Below, piece by piece: positions 36,701-49,157 of a DNA stretch of 64,000 bases; positions within the stretch are counted from its first letter, which is position 1; every line of letters begins with the position of its first letter. This DNA is from Octopus sinensis (lineage: Eukaryota), in NCBI RefSeq assembly GCF_006345805.1, contig NC_042998.1:81220001-81284000 (forward strand), read 5' to 3'. A program made the position numbers and the translations under genes. The notes below the pieces were generated by a model. It was not told the origin of the DNA. It did no database searches and saw nothing but the letters and a program-made list of their open reading frames with translations.

Positions 36701-37672
36701 CCAGGAATTAAAAGCTACAGTCTGGGATGTCCAAAAAATATTGTATATTCCGTCATCAGTGACAAATAGAGAAAATATGAAGGGTGTAGATTAAGGAAAT
36801 GTTGACAAAGAGGACTGGGGAAAAGTAATAAAGAAAAGAAGACAAAGAAAAAGAAGGACTATAAATGTTCACAGTTCAACTTCCTAATAGCGAAAATGTT
36901 ACTCCGTATGTCCTAAGGTGTAATCCTATGTAAATCCATTTATGATTATAGCCTTCATAGCGTAAATATCCGGAAATAAGCGCGAACTTATCGAAGGTTG
37001 TATTGTTGTATATTTCGGGAATATAATTACTTCCTTTTTTTTTGTCAATTAAACACACGCACTATATATTCGTTCTTCACTCGTTTATTTCTACTTTTAT
37101 TCTAACTTATGATTATTGTCCGGAAATCTTTCGTCACACATCTGTCGCCTCCTCAGTGGCACTTTCCATCTTCGCGTGTGTTCTTGCTCTGCTTACACCA
37201 TTCTGTTCTACTCTGATACATATGCGCATGCGACTGTGCTTGAGTGTGTTTGTACATGTGTGTGTATGTCATTGTTCTTATTAGCACTACGACTCTACCC
37301 TCAGCCCCACCCCCTATCCCGTTGCCGTTTCTGCTGCCCTTGAACCCGACATTTTGTACAGTTCTTGTAACCCTCTGTGTTTGTGTGTTCACCTACCTTG
37401 CAGCCATAGCGGTAGCTGCTGTTGCTGTTGCTGTTGTTGGGTGATATTGTTGCAAGCGTCTGTAAAGTTACCGTATGTGTGTTTGTGTGTGCATATGGGT
37501 TTGCTACCTATGTTATTTGTATCCGTGCCCTTTATAGGGTTTCTTTCCTCCCTACAATGTTTAGAAAACCGGTTATGTGCTGTGGTGGTGGATGTTATTA
37601 TGTTATTGTTCCATTCGTGTTACAGGGAATTCTGCAACACAAATTCATAAACGTATATATATATATATATAT

Positions 37673-37695
<23 letters not shown>

Positions 37696-37705
<10 letters not shown>

Positions 37706-37893
37706 ATATATATATAGTTGAAATTTACAGAAAAGCATAGACCGAAGACAGGCGTATAAACAACAAGCAGGTATGTTAGTTTGACGCTCGGGAAGGTGCG
37801 AAAGTCTTTTACGTTTCGAACCTACGCTCTTCAACAGAACGGAACACGATGAAATAAACAGAGAGAATAAAAATCTTTTGGAGTTAGCATTGC

Positions 37894-37900
<7 letters not shown>
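37696..37900 (-). mobile_element. Short PLE-terminal-repeat-like element with hammerhead variant
   Basis: Homologous to 63066-63250. Motif at 37806-37841 reads CUGUUGA-A-GAGC(GUAG)GUUC-GAAA-CG-UA-AAAG. Confidence 0.7.
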
Positions 37901-37941
<41 letters not shown>

Positions 37942-39553
37942 GTGTGTGTGTGTGTGTGTGTATAAGTACATATATACATATATATATATGTATACACACA
38001 CACATATATATTATACATATGTATGTATGTATGTATCTATCTATCTATCTATCTTACTCTCTCCAGCAAAAAATCAAGTGACCATATTCGTAACAGTGAG
38101 GTGCTAACAAAACACAACACCACAAATATTGAAATCATCCTCATCAAAATGCAGTTCAGGCCATCTCTCACGTATGATTGATATCACAATTCCGGAGTAA
38201 CTTCTCTTTGGCCAATTCCCAACAAGAAGATCAGTTGCAAGGTTACTCTTGCGTTTCAAAGGCAAACTAAATGACAATATGAAACGATGGAACATTCCCG
38301 TTTTGTCCTGGGAAACAAGCATCAGAACACAGGATTTGGTGCCAGTCAGGTTTCTTCTCTGTTCAAAAATTTGAGGAAAGTCGACTCCAACATCGGGACG
38401 AAATTCGTGTAATCAGGAAGGCATGCTGGCAAGACGCTGCTCTTCTGAACGAAAACCTTATCTGTGATCGTGGTTTTGTGACACGAAGCAAAGTAGGCCT
38501 TGCAACTCGATCAAGAAAACACGTACCAAATGGTCTACAAGGACTCAAGTAAACTGAGTTCACAACTTATTTCATTTGATAAAATGGTTTGCAAGGCACC
38601 AGCAGGCCTCGAGAGACATACTCATGTCCATAGAACATGATTACTGCTTTATTTTGCTGAATCCTCATCTGTCTTTCACGACGAGAGATATAATTACGGA
38701 AACACACCTAGCAGTGTTTCTATCTATAAATTCCCCTTGAAATATATTGTTCCAACCGAATTTTCTGTTGCAGGCACAAAAACAGCAAAGCGCTAAAATA
38801 TTTAAGTTTCCTCTAAGATTCTAAACTACAAGCATCAGCATAAAACTCTCCCCTCGAATCAGTTTAGCTTTTTCGTCAGTAATTAATAGTGATTTAAAAA
38901 AATGTTCTCTACACGCGTTATAATCTTAAACAAAACATCTGCTACATTTACCGAGTTTTCATCTATCAGTCAACAGACCTCAGCATTCGCCTCATTTATC
39001 AATGGTTCAACAATCAATAATTTTTATTTTAGTATCACTGAAGAGTCATGTATTTCACAAAAGAAAAAAAAACCCAAAACACAGCTACTTCTTCGTTAAT
39101 TAAATTTTCATTCTTTTCGTTATGATCAAATCTAATTGCCAGTTACATTTTACATGCATGATTGCATCAGTGCTTTTGAGTTTTATTGCGATATGTTTGT
39201 TCGTTGATCATAGTAAAATTAATGATAAGCCATTAGAGAATAAGAGATAGTGTCATAAGTAGAGAGAACATCAGAGAGATAGATAGTTAGATTGATAGAG
39301 AGATAGAGAGAGAGAGAGAGAAAGACAGAGAGAAAGACAGAGAGAAAGAGAGATAGACAGACAGAGAGACACAGTGGGACAATGAAAGAGAAAAAGGGGA
39401 GAGAGATGGATAGATTGTGTTACTGATATTGGTTCCATAAAGTTATGGTTACAGGTCTAGATCGTGAACTACTTCATACGTTGTACGTACGTGCGTATGT
39501 ATCTACTTTTACATATATATATATATATATACACATGCACACATTTGTATATT

Positions 39554-39588
<35 letters not shown>

Positions 39589-39597
39589 TATATATAT

Positions 39598-39628
<31 letters not shown>

Positions 39629-41406
39629 GCGTGTGTGTGTGTGTGTGTGTGTATACATAAGTATACCGATTGTAACACTACTTGTTAAAACCATACTTTA
39701 TAATAATTCTTTGACATTGCATATTATATACCAAAGATTTCTGATGCAAGATACGAAAATATCTGTAAATATTTAACTGTTATTCATGTTATATTAAAAT
39801 TCTTAACAGAAAATTTTCAGAGTCTGCCAGTTTTGCACGGAATGAACGAAGATACGTCTATCGAAATGAAGGATAAAGCGTAGATATCATCGTTTTCTCA
39901 TAGTTGCTTTTTGTTTGTAAGTATCGCAGCGTTGGTTCCCTTTTATGGAAATGTTCCTCCTTTGCATGAGTAAAGAAGGAACAACATATTTTAATCTCAT
40001 TTCTTTTGAAATATGTTGGCACACTCACACAAACATATACAAACACACGCACACACACACACACATACACAGTGCTTTCATAATCACATAATCACACAGA
40101 AATAAATATATATACATATGAATTTATATATTCATGCATGTAGTGAACAAGGAGAGAATATAACTATCGATTCATACACCCCATGAAGTCTCACAAAAAG
40201 GAGACACATTCTTTTGACCATACATTTGGAACGTAAAGAAAAAATATGTAATATAAGATAGTCATTAATACATAGTGCAATCTATTGTATGTCATTCATC
40301 GTAATAAATTACATAACATGACATGAAAAATATATTTATTCAGTTGGGGAAATATGATCGAATCCCAGAGTGGATAAGAAGAACGAATCATATAAAAAGA
40401 TGAGTTTCAGACGGAATACAGAATCCGCCAGAACAATATATACACACTCTTCAGGGAAAGAATTCTGCATAAATATTTTAATGTGGTGTTATTGCAATTT
40501 GTTCAATGTTATCGAGGTTTGATAAATCATCGAAAGAGGGATCTATATTCATAGAGGTACTATACAGGTATTTCCTTTTATGAAGTTTGCATACAGTTTT
40601 TTGGCGAACCCTGCAGATATATTTTAAAATGTGTCTAATTAGTAATAAAAACACAGTAAATAATAGTAGGCACACACACACATGCGCGCGCACACACATA
40701 CACGCACGCACACATACACACACACACACACAAAGGAAAGAAAAAGCTATTAAACAACGCAGAGATTAACTGGAAAAAAATAATTCAGCAATAAAAATAA
40801 TTTGAGCCACTTAGAGAAAGGTCTTAATACATGTATGGCATATACCCACACATGTATGGCATATACCCAAGACGTATATGATTTAAAATGAATAATACAC
40901 AAACGCACGCACACATATTTGCACGTGTATATGAATTTTATGCATCTGACTACTCATCTGCTGCTTCTGTAGGAATAAGAATAAAGATTTGACGCACTAT
41001 TTCTGAACGGTTCACTTCACGTGTAATGAAAATAGAAACGGAAGTTTAGGAGAAATGCTGTCGAAATTAAAATTCTGATTACAGTTCCGATTACTAACCA
41101 ATACCAAATTTGGAGGAGGTCACAAAATAAAACTAGTCTAATTCACTGAGTAAATTTCCCAATGAAATGAATATATTGTAGACAATGTAAAATTGATTTT
41201 TCACTGAAGATTTCTTTCGCGTTTCTCACCAAATGCTAACAAAGAATTGTCAGCGGTTTGAACAACTGACAAAGACTCCTTTTATACGAATCAGGAAGTC
41301 GCATTCTTTACGCTTATCATTAGTATATTCGTTACACACATACACACACACATATATCTGTATATATATGTCTATATGTCTATGGATGTATATGTATATG
41401 TATATG

Positions 41407-41443
<37 letters not shown>

Positions 41444-41627
41444 ATATATATATATATATATATACATAGATGCACGTATGTATACATACTTAGATATATT
41501 TATCATATATATATGCATATACATACATATATTCATATACACATGTGCACATATATACATACATATGTATACACACACATAAACATACATGCACGCGCAG
41601 GCATACACACGACTATGTATGTATATG

Positions 41628-41663
<36 letters not shown>

Positions 41664-41705
41664 GTTTTGTGTGTGTGTTTGTGTGTGTGTGTGTGCGCGT
41701 GTGAA

Positions 41706-42022
41706 GGCGCGTGGCTTAGGGGTTAGGGCATTCGGCTCACGATTGTAAGGTCGTGAGTTCAATTCCCGGCGACGCGTTGTGTTCTTCAGCAAGACACTTT
41801 ATTTCACGTTGCTTCAGTCCACTCAGCTGGCAAACTGAGTTGTATCTGTATTTCAAAGGCCAGCTTTGTCAAACTCTGTGTCACGCTCAAATACCCTGAG
41901 AACTACGTTAGGGGTACACGTGTCTGTGGATTGCTCAGTCACTTGCACGTTAATTTCACGAGCAAGCTGTTCTGTTGATCGTATCAGCTGGGATCCTCGT
42001 CGTCGTAACCGACGGAGTGCTC
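41706..42022 (+). mobile_element. Full-length family-3 tRNA-derived SINE with CORE-like central domain
   Basis: A-box TGGCTTAGGGG, B-box GAGTTCAATTCC, then GTGTTCTTCAGCAAGACACTT..CAGTCCACTCAGCTG. Confidence 0.85.
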
Positions 42023-42221
42023 CCTTATCTATATATCTCCCTTGCCCACAACAATAACAATAATAACGATAACCAATTACTTCTCCTTATTTTCTAGTTG
42101 TGATGTCATTCACTCGTAAATATCATCACACACAACATGGACAAAATTTCTTCTTAAGAAAATACATATTAAAAATTATATTAAAACTACGTGAAATGTG
42201 TGTATTTTCGTGTTTTAATTT

Positions 42222-42321
<100 letters not shown>

Positions 42322-42665
42322 CATAATTATAATAAGGGCTTTTAATTCATTTTCTTTCTTTTGCTAGCCTATTATGTAGTGTGTTTCTATCGGAGAATTT
42401 ATGGTGATAATAGTGTCTTTTGATGTATATTTTTCAGTGCGTGGTGAGGCACAAGCCAAGACCTTATTATAATTATGTATATAATTATAAAATATTTGTA
42501 TATATATATATTTAAAAGTATAAATATATATATTTAAATGTATAAATATATATATATAAGTATACATATATACGTGTGTGTGTGTGTGTGTTTGTGTAAA
42601 TGTAGAACGTTGGAATGGATGATCAACACGGCATTGGTGGATAAATAATTCCTTTAATTGTAGAT

Positions 42666-42813
42666 TAAGCCTACCATTGGTTTCATATTAAGAAGAGTAG
42701 GAGGATATCCAAGTATATTAACAATTTTTCAAGCCATGTGATCGACTTGAACAATTGTTAAGATACTTGGATATCCACCTACTCTTCGTAACATGAAACC
42801 AACGGTAGCCTTA
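42666..42813. repeat. Long imperfect palindrome
   Basis: 67-bp arms (42667-42733, 42746-42812), 7 mismatches, no indels, 12-nt loop. Confidence 0.92.
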
Positions 42814-42870
42814 TTTCAGAAATAAAGAAAATGTGTGTATGTGTGTGCATGGCTGTAGCATACATATACG

Positions 42871-42945
<75 letters not shown>

Positions 42946-43720
42946 TATATGTATTTTATGTATGTATATGTACGCATACAGACATATTTGTACTTATACA
43001 CCCATATGTATTTGGGGAATATAACCAAGGACAAGCTCAGCTTGAAGATCAATTTGTGAATTAATTAAAATGACATCAGTGATGAGAAGAAGTGATCATT
43101 AACGTAATGATCAATTCTAATTAAGAATAGCTGTACACCGTGTGAAAATGTTCCTTAATGTTAAATTCTTGCATGTAACATTTCTTAACACCAATTACAA
43201 ATTATCCATTCGATAAACGGATAATTCAGTACTGCAGCAATGGACAGTCGACAGTGACAAATAAAATTGTGTATTTGCGTGTTTGTGCGTGTGTGTGGGG
43301 TGTGTATGTGCACACGTGCGTTTGTGCATGAGAGCGCGCATCTGTGTGTGTGTGTACAGGCGCGTATATACATATGTGTATGTGTGTATATGTGTATTCA
43401 TGTGTCTATGTAACATACATGGCTTTCGTTCTATTTAGCTATTCCATTACTTATATTTTCCGATTTTCATTCGCATCTATAACAGCTTTAGGTCTTAAAC
43501 CGTGGTTTGCATGATGACTATAAGCTTAACGAAATTTCCATTGATTTAAATATGGGATGCAATGTAAGACCTACAATGGTTAATACAGTCTCTTTATTGA
43601 ATATTGTCCAACTGTTGTCATCTATAAAATCTGTAGACATGCTTGAAATTTCTGAAATTCCGACACCAGGATCTTTGTATCGTAATATACATACATACAC
43701 ACACACACACACACACCCAC

Positions 43721-43788
<68 letters not shown>

Positions 43789-43888
43789 TATATATATATT
43801 ATATATATATACAGGCGTGTATACATGTATGCATGAACAAAAATATGTATGTAAATTTACAAGTTACAACACGGAGACCAGTTTGAAA

Positions 43889-43936
43889 TTATAAAACATT
43901 AAAAGGACATTAGTATGTCCTTTTAATGTTTTATAA
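43889..43936. repeat. Perfect 22-bp fold-back with 4-nt loop
   Basis: TTATAAAACATTAAAAGGACAT tagt ATGTCCTTTTAATGTTTTATAA. Confidence 0.92.
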
Positions 43937-43937
43937 G

Positions 43938-43977
43938 TTTCGGACCTGGGTTCTCATTCCTAAGGTATTTGTCGATG

Positions 43978-44021
<44 letters not shown>

Positions 44022-44270
44022 TTATTATTATTAAGGTCACTGCCTGGAATCGAACTCGAAATCTTGGTGTTAGTAGGCCGCGCTCTTAACCACTACGCCA
44101 TATGCCCGAAACATCGAAAAATACCTTAGGAATGAGAACCCAGGTTCGAAATTTTCCCAAGACACCTGATGAAGGCTGGAGGGTATATCAGCCGGAACGT
44201 TTTGTTAGCAACAATGATGAGGATAAATATCCATCAAATGTAAACAATGTAAATGATGTAATTAATTAAC
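43938..44270. mobile_element. tRNA-headed element and inverted headless copy carrying a hammerhead
   Basis: Minus strand: tRNA-like head 44106-44034 (A-box TGGCGTAGTGG, B-box GAGTTCGATTCC), (AAT)n, 42-bp body. Plus strand: the same body (44110-44151) continuing into a hammerhead. Confidence 0.8.
44161..44206 (+). ncRNA. Minimal type-I hammerhead, probably inactive copy
   Basis: GACAC CUGAUGA A GGCUG(10 nt)CAGCC GGAA CG UU UUGUU; GAAA changed to GGAA and one stem I mismatch. Confidence 0.75.
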
Positions 44271-44695
44271 ATTATATTAGCTTTCTACTGAAAATGAGTT
44301 GTCTTTAAGAAAATTTTAGTGGCCGACTTACGTGACGCTAAATTTCTGGTACTGTCACATGATGATTTATTCCTCCGATCTACAGTTTTAAATGGTTAAG
44401 TAATCATTGGTGTAATGGTATTGTGACACAAAGTATAATGCCATTCAGTATATTATATGATGGATCACTTATGCTCGCACAGACACACGTCCGAACTCAA
44501 CACACACAAACAAAACATATATGTATATCGGAAACATATATTCACACACAGCATGATAATGTGATGGTTTGCTACTGTATAAATCTCTCTGAGGGATTTA
44601 GAAATGTAATATTCTAATTTTGCAGATCAGTGAATGTATTTCACTTGAAATATATATGTTTTCTAAGTTGAATAAGCATCGACAGCTACCAAGCC

Positions 44696-46457
44696 TCACC
44701 TTTTTGTTGTTTTGTGGAAAATTCGAAGCGAGATTTTTGTCCATCGTTGGGTGGAAGGGAATAATGGAAATGAAATGTCACGCGGAAGTCACTGGTGGTC
44801 GAGATGCTATAGACCCACGTGTGCTGAAGCCACTGGAGGTCGAGATGCTATAGACCCACGTGTGCTGAAGCCGAAGAGGAAGGAGTGGGATGAGGAGAAG
44901 CTTACAAAACATTATTGCATGTAAAAGAAAGAAGGATTAAACATAAAAATGACCCTGCTAGTGGAGGAAAAAAGAAAATTGGAAAGTAGGACGGTGATAT
45001 TCAGAAATTTGCGAATGAAAATAGGAGAATAGAACACGCGCCGCAGGAAGAGATAGAGGAAATATTGAAGGAATAAATAGGTGAAGTGATAACTTTCTTT
45101 ACAAGAGGAAGGGAATATGCGACAATAATAGTTACCTTTGCAACAGAAGAGGAGGCAAAAGTAAACGACAACAGGCTGATAATGCTAGAAAAATGGACGT
45201 TAATGCCGAACTGTTTAGGCAAAAGAATCGTCAGAGTCAGGGCGGGAAGAATCCCACCGTTGACAGACCAAGAATGAGTAATAGTCGCAATGTTTAATTC
45301 AGAGCTGGTGAATGGAAGTGAAAACCTGGAGATTTGCATAATAAGCAGAACTCAACAATTGAATTGCTGGGGATATGGAATTGAAGTAATTTGTGCGGTA
45401 AGCCCAGAGTATTACGAGGAAATGGCGGATACTGTGGAATTACCAAACGGTGAAACACTGGGAGTAATGTTGGAGGGGAGACCCCAAAAATGTTACGGAT
45501 GCGGTGAAAGAGGGCACCTGAGAAGGAAATGCCCTAGATCAGCAGTAGAAATGGTGGAAGAGAGAGAGTGCAGGGAGATACAGTGGTGGGAAAAAGCAGA
45601 AGCAGAGAACAGAATATGATGGCAATTTGGCGGAGGTAAAACCAAGGAAAAGAGAGAGAAGAAAGTCACCGACGATAGTGGAAGTGAAGAAATGTAAAGG
45701 AATAGAAGAAACTCAACCCCACGACGAGAAAATTTACCAGAGGAAGTACCAGCAAAGGAATTAAAAGGACAGAGTCATGCAGACCAGAAACAAGACAACT
45801 CAGAAGTAATGAAGCCTAAAACCATAGACACACAGACGAAACACGTAGAGTTACAGTCAAACGAACACAAAGGCACACAAAAACACGAACACACAGACTT
45901 AGAGACGAATATACAAGAACTCACAAAGCAGCAGGAAAATAGAAACAAAAAGAGACAATAGGCAAAACACAAACAAAAGGAAAATCGTAGTGAGATAGGA
46001 TACCCCAACGTAAATGAGTGTAAGAATGAAAGACACTGTGAGAGACAAGAGGTAAGTCGATACAATTTTGAAAATACTTTAACTCAGAAAATATTTATTT
46101 GAAAAAAGAAAAAAAGGAAAATCAAGTCATTTTGCAAGTGCCGAATGAATAGGTTTCCAAAATGTTTCTAAAAATATAATGCGATATACATTTGGTTGAC
46201 TTTAGTTTAAAAAAAAAAAAGGAAAAATAAGAAGTAAATTCTGTTTGAACATTTGTTTAAAGGTGTAATTATAGGGCGAAAGCGAACAGGGGAAGTTTCG
46301 CCTCGGAGCGAGGCTAGACGTTGTGTAATAGTTATAGTAAAGGAATACACGGTTTCATCTCGCAGCGGGAGCGAATCATCCTTCATATGTTTTATGTTCC
46401 CGCATGTCTTTGTATGTCCCCTCTATAATTAGGCCTTGTGCCGATAATAAAGAATTA
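44696..46457 (+). mobile_element. ORF1-only LINE-like retroelement (copy 2)
   Basis: 12-bp degenerate TSD AGCTACCAAGCC/AGCTAGCAAGTC; the empty site AGCTAACAAGCC is present in the 53-kb copy. 41-bp tandem duplication at 44785-44866. 3' tail AGGCCTTGTGCCGATAATAAAAGAA. Confidence 0.75.
45000..45700 (+). pseudogene. Gag-like ORF1 pseudogene with CCHC zinc knuckle
   Basis: TIIVTFATEEEA (RRM-like), MPNCLGKRIVRVRAGRIPP, GRPQKCYGCGERGHLRRKC. Confidence 0.85.
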
Positions 46458-46478
46458 AGCTAGCAAGTCACGCTACTC

Positions 46479-46517
46479 CAGACTGATGATGAACAATGAC
46501 TCTGAAACTAGTCTCTG
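46479..46517 (+). ncRNA. Minimal type-I hammerhead, intact core
   Basis: CAGA CUGAUGA (stem II weakened) GAAA CUAG UC UCUG; palindromic stem III ACUAGU. Confidence 0.75.
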
Positions 46518-46735
46518 CATGCTGGCTTTGCTGGGTGGAGGTGCCCATCTCCCTTCTTTGAAAACATAAGGACACAGAACGCTTGTGTCATAATTAGCAG
46601 TAGCATTTTTCCTTTTCCTGGGACTGGCACATTAAGTTGGCAACAAATCTTCACTTTATCGTGCTACTACTGTATAAATCTCTCTGAGAGATTTAGAAAT
46701 GTAATATTCTAATTTGATGCATATATATATATATA

Positions 46736-46792
<57 letters not shown>

Positions 46793-46902
46793 ATACATAT
46801 AGAGAGAGGAGAGAGAGGGATTTAGAATATTAATATTTCTATATATACATATACATATACATGCTAGCATGGAGAACGGACGTTAAACGATGATGATGAT
46901 GA

Positions 46903-46946
<44 letters not shown>

Positions 46947-47294
46947 TTAGACGTGCACACACGCTCACACACTCCACACACTCATATATACCATATATAC
47001 TTGTGTATTTTAGAAACAAAAGGGAGGCATAAATGATGTGTGTGTGCGTGTGTGTGTGCTACTGTGTGTGTGGTTCTTATAAATATATCTTAATATTCAT
47101 ATGAATGAAACTGATTAAATTATTAATTCTGATGTACAAATGCTTTAAGCAGAAAGCTTGTTTCAACATGACTTTTGAAATTGGTCAAAGCATTAAGTTG
47201 TAGAGTACACATAACCTTTAAATAGATCAGGAAATGACGTAAATGTAATTTTTCACAAGATACATGAAATGGCAAAATATTGGTTTCAATGTTT

Positions 47295-47472
47295 GGCACA
47301 AGGCCAGCAACTCCAGGGGATGTGGTAAGTCAATTAATTACATCGACCTCAGTGTTCAACTTCTGCCTATTTTATGGCTATCGAAAGAACGAAGGGTAAA
47401 GTCGACTTAGGCGGAATTTGAACTCAAAGCATTCTGCCCAGCATGCTAACCATTCTGCTAGTTTGTCATCTT
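47295..47472 (-). mobile_element. Degenerate family-1 SINE
   Basis: GGCACAAGGCC tail and AAAGTCGACTTAGGCGGAATTTGAACTC body. Confidence 0.75.
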
Positions 47473-47999
47473 AAAATGTTCCTTAGTATTGATTTCAAAT
47501 TTCGGCACGAAACCAGCAGTTTCTGGGGAGGTAACCGTGTAATTGTGAAACTTGATTAAAAAAATCAACATTGGATTCTATTCCCCTGTATTGGCCATTG
47601 AAATGACTACATCTGGAAAAATTATCTGCCTTAATTTGGGTTATTGAAAAGCTAACAACGTTTTGGCCTGCAATCCTTACACTTGTAACTGAAAGCGGAA
47701 TTATTATCTCCGATTTTATAAATATTCCAAAGCGATGTTCCAACGTGACATTATGTCTGTGCTACTGTTTATTTTGCATATAAATTCACTGTCATTACTA
47801 TTATGAAAATTCAGTGTATGTGTGTTGTAGTCCAAAACAGCAAGGGTTGCTCGAATTATTGCTAATACTAAGAAACAGCCGGATTTAGTAATACAATTTT
47901 CTGTTGATATAGTAGTGTGTTTTGATCAAAAGATAGTTCATATTTAACATCCGAAAGCAGAAAAATTATGTCCCGAAATTGTAGCTTTTGCATCACTTG

Positions 48000-48700
48000 A
48001 TATCCCATCACCTCGGTGCTTCCATACAAGCAGTGACACTGATGGGCTCTATTTCAGAAGGAAAGTGCGAGGAAGAGACTGAAGATCAACACAGACAGTC
48101 TTTGAATGCTGTATGACGTCGTTCAGACAGTATCCGCTAATCATCAAATCCAGTTCGAGGCATTAAATATGCGTCCGTTGTTAATTTCTGGTTTAAGTTG
48201 TTTGATGAAAATAGGCTTCTTGAATCTCAAGTTACCAACATTGCAGTCAGCATTTAGAATGGATATACCTACCTCACTGCGGTGGTAGTTTTGGACGTGT
48301 TTCATAAATGAGGAAGCGTGTTTCTGCTGGTGTACTTTAATCGGGTTCCACAGTTTCAGGATTGTACGGCTGATATAGCGAAGCCCACATTTATTGCATT
48401 TCACCTCTTACACTACATATGTATGTAGAGATATGCTTGTATCAAGGATAGAGCAATTTGTTCGCGTAAACGGGCTGTTGGCCAGGCCACGTGGAGTTGT
48501 ATCCCGGATAGAACTCGACGTTAGGAAGGTTCATTGTGGGTCAGACGTTTATCTAATTCCTCACTGCGAATGTTTTTCAAATGGCGACAGTCATAGATTC
48601 TCCATAATTGGTAGTTCCAGAAAGCATGTATTGCTGCGGTGATTATTCTGTGTAATATGCTATGGACAATTTTTTGGTGGGGAAGAACATGTCGGGTATC
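48000..48700 (-). mobile_element. Penelope-like element remnant (GIY-YIG)
   Basis: VV.EVKCNKCGLRYISRT..L..PIKVHQ....SS..KH....H......SIL.......L.FK...FIKQLKPEIN. Confidence 0.8.
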
Positions 48701-49157
48701 ATTTTAGTTTTAAAATCATAGAAGTTTCAAAGAGTTGCATCGCAAAAACATATCTTATAAATGACTTGGTGGGTCACCTTGCCACATCAATTAGGAATAT
48801 AAGCAAATTATGATCCTCATATCTACAAATACGTATTCGCATATATGCATACATCTATATATCCTTATGCACTGAAATACATACATATATATGTGTGTAT
48901 ATGTGTGTGTAGGTGTTTGTGCATATGTATAGATATTTACATACATATACACACACGCAGACGTACGCAAACACTCACACGCACATAGATCATACTCGTG
49001 TTTTCGATATAACGTTTGAAATAAAATCTCTATCTTATATATATACACACAACCTCGCGCGCACACAGACACACTCACAGACGCACACATACATACACAC
49101 CACACAAACACACACACACACACAAATAACATATATGCATGTATATATTTCTTATAG

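Larger units (their letters stand above)
44560..46717 (+). mobile_element. Retrozyme-like repeat (copy 1; parts 44560-44695 and 46458-46717) interrupted by an ORF1-only element
   Basis: Same family as 53107-53715 in the opposite orientation. TACTGTATAAATCTCTCTGAG recurs at 44573 and 46668. Confidence 0.8.

Noticed and set aside
36725-36795. Minus-strand CTGATGA with a weak hairpin
   Set aside because: GAAA and stems I/III are missing; at best a very decayed motif, not counted.
40829-40870. 21-bp direct repeat, and the 41-bp repeat at 44785
   Set aside because: Simple two-unit tandem duplications with no spacers; no CRISPR-like array in the window.
41714-41728. TTAGGG-like words
   Set aside because: Part of a SINE A-box region, not a telomeric array.
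44034-44106. Possible genuine tRNA gene
   Set aside because: Acceptor stem does not pair, the anticodon loop reads ACT, and it is fused to a repeat body. All tRNA-like sequences here are SINE heads.
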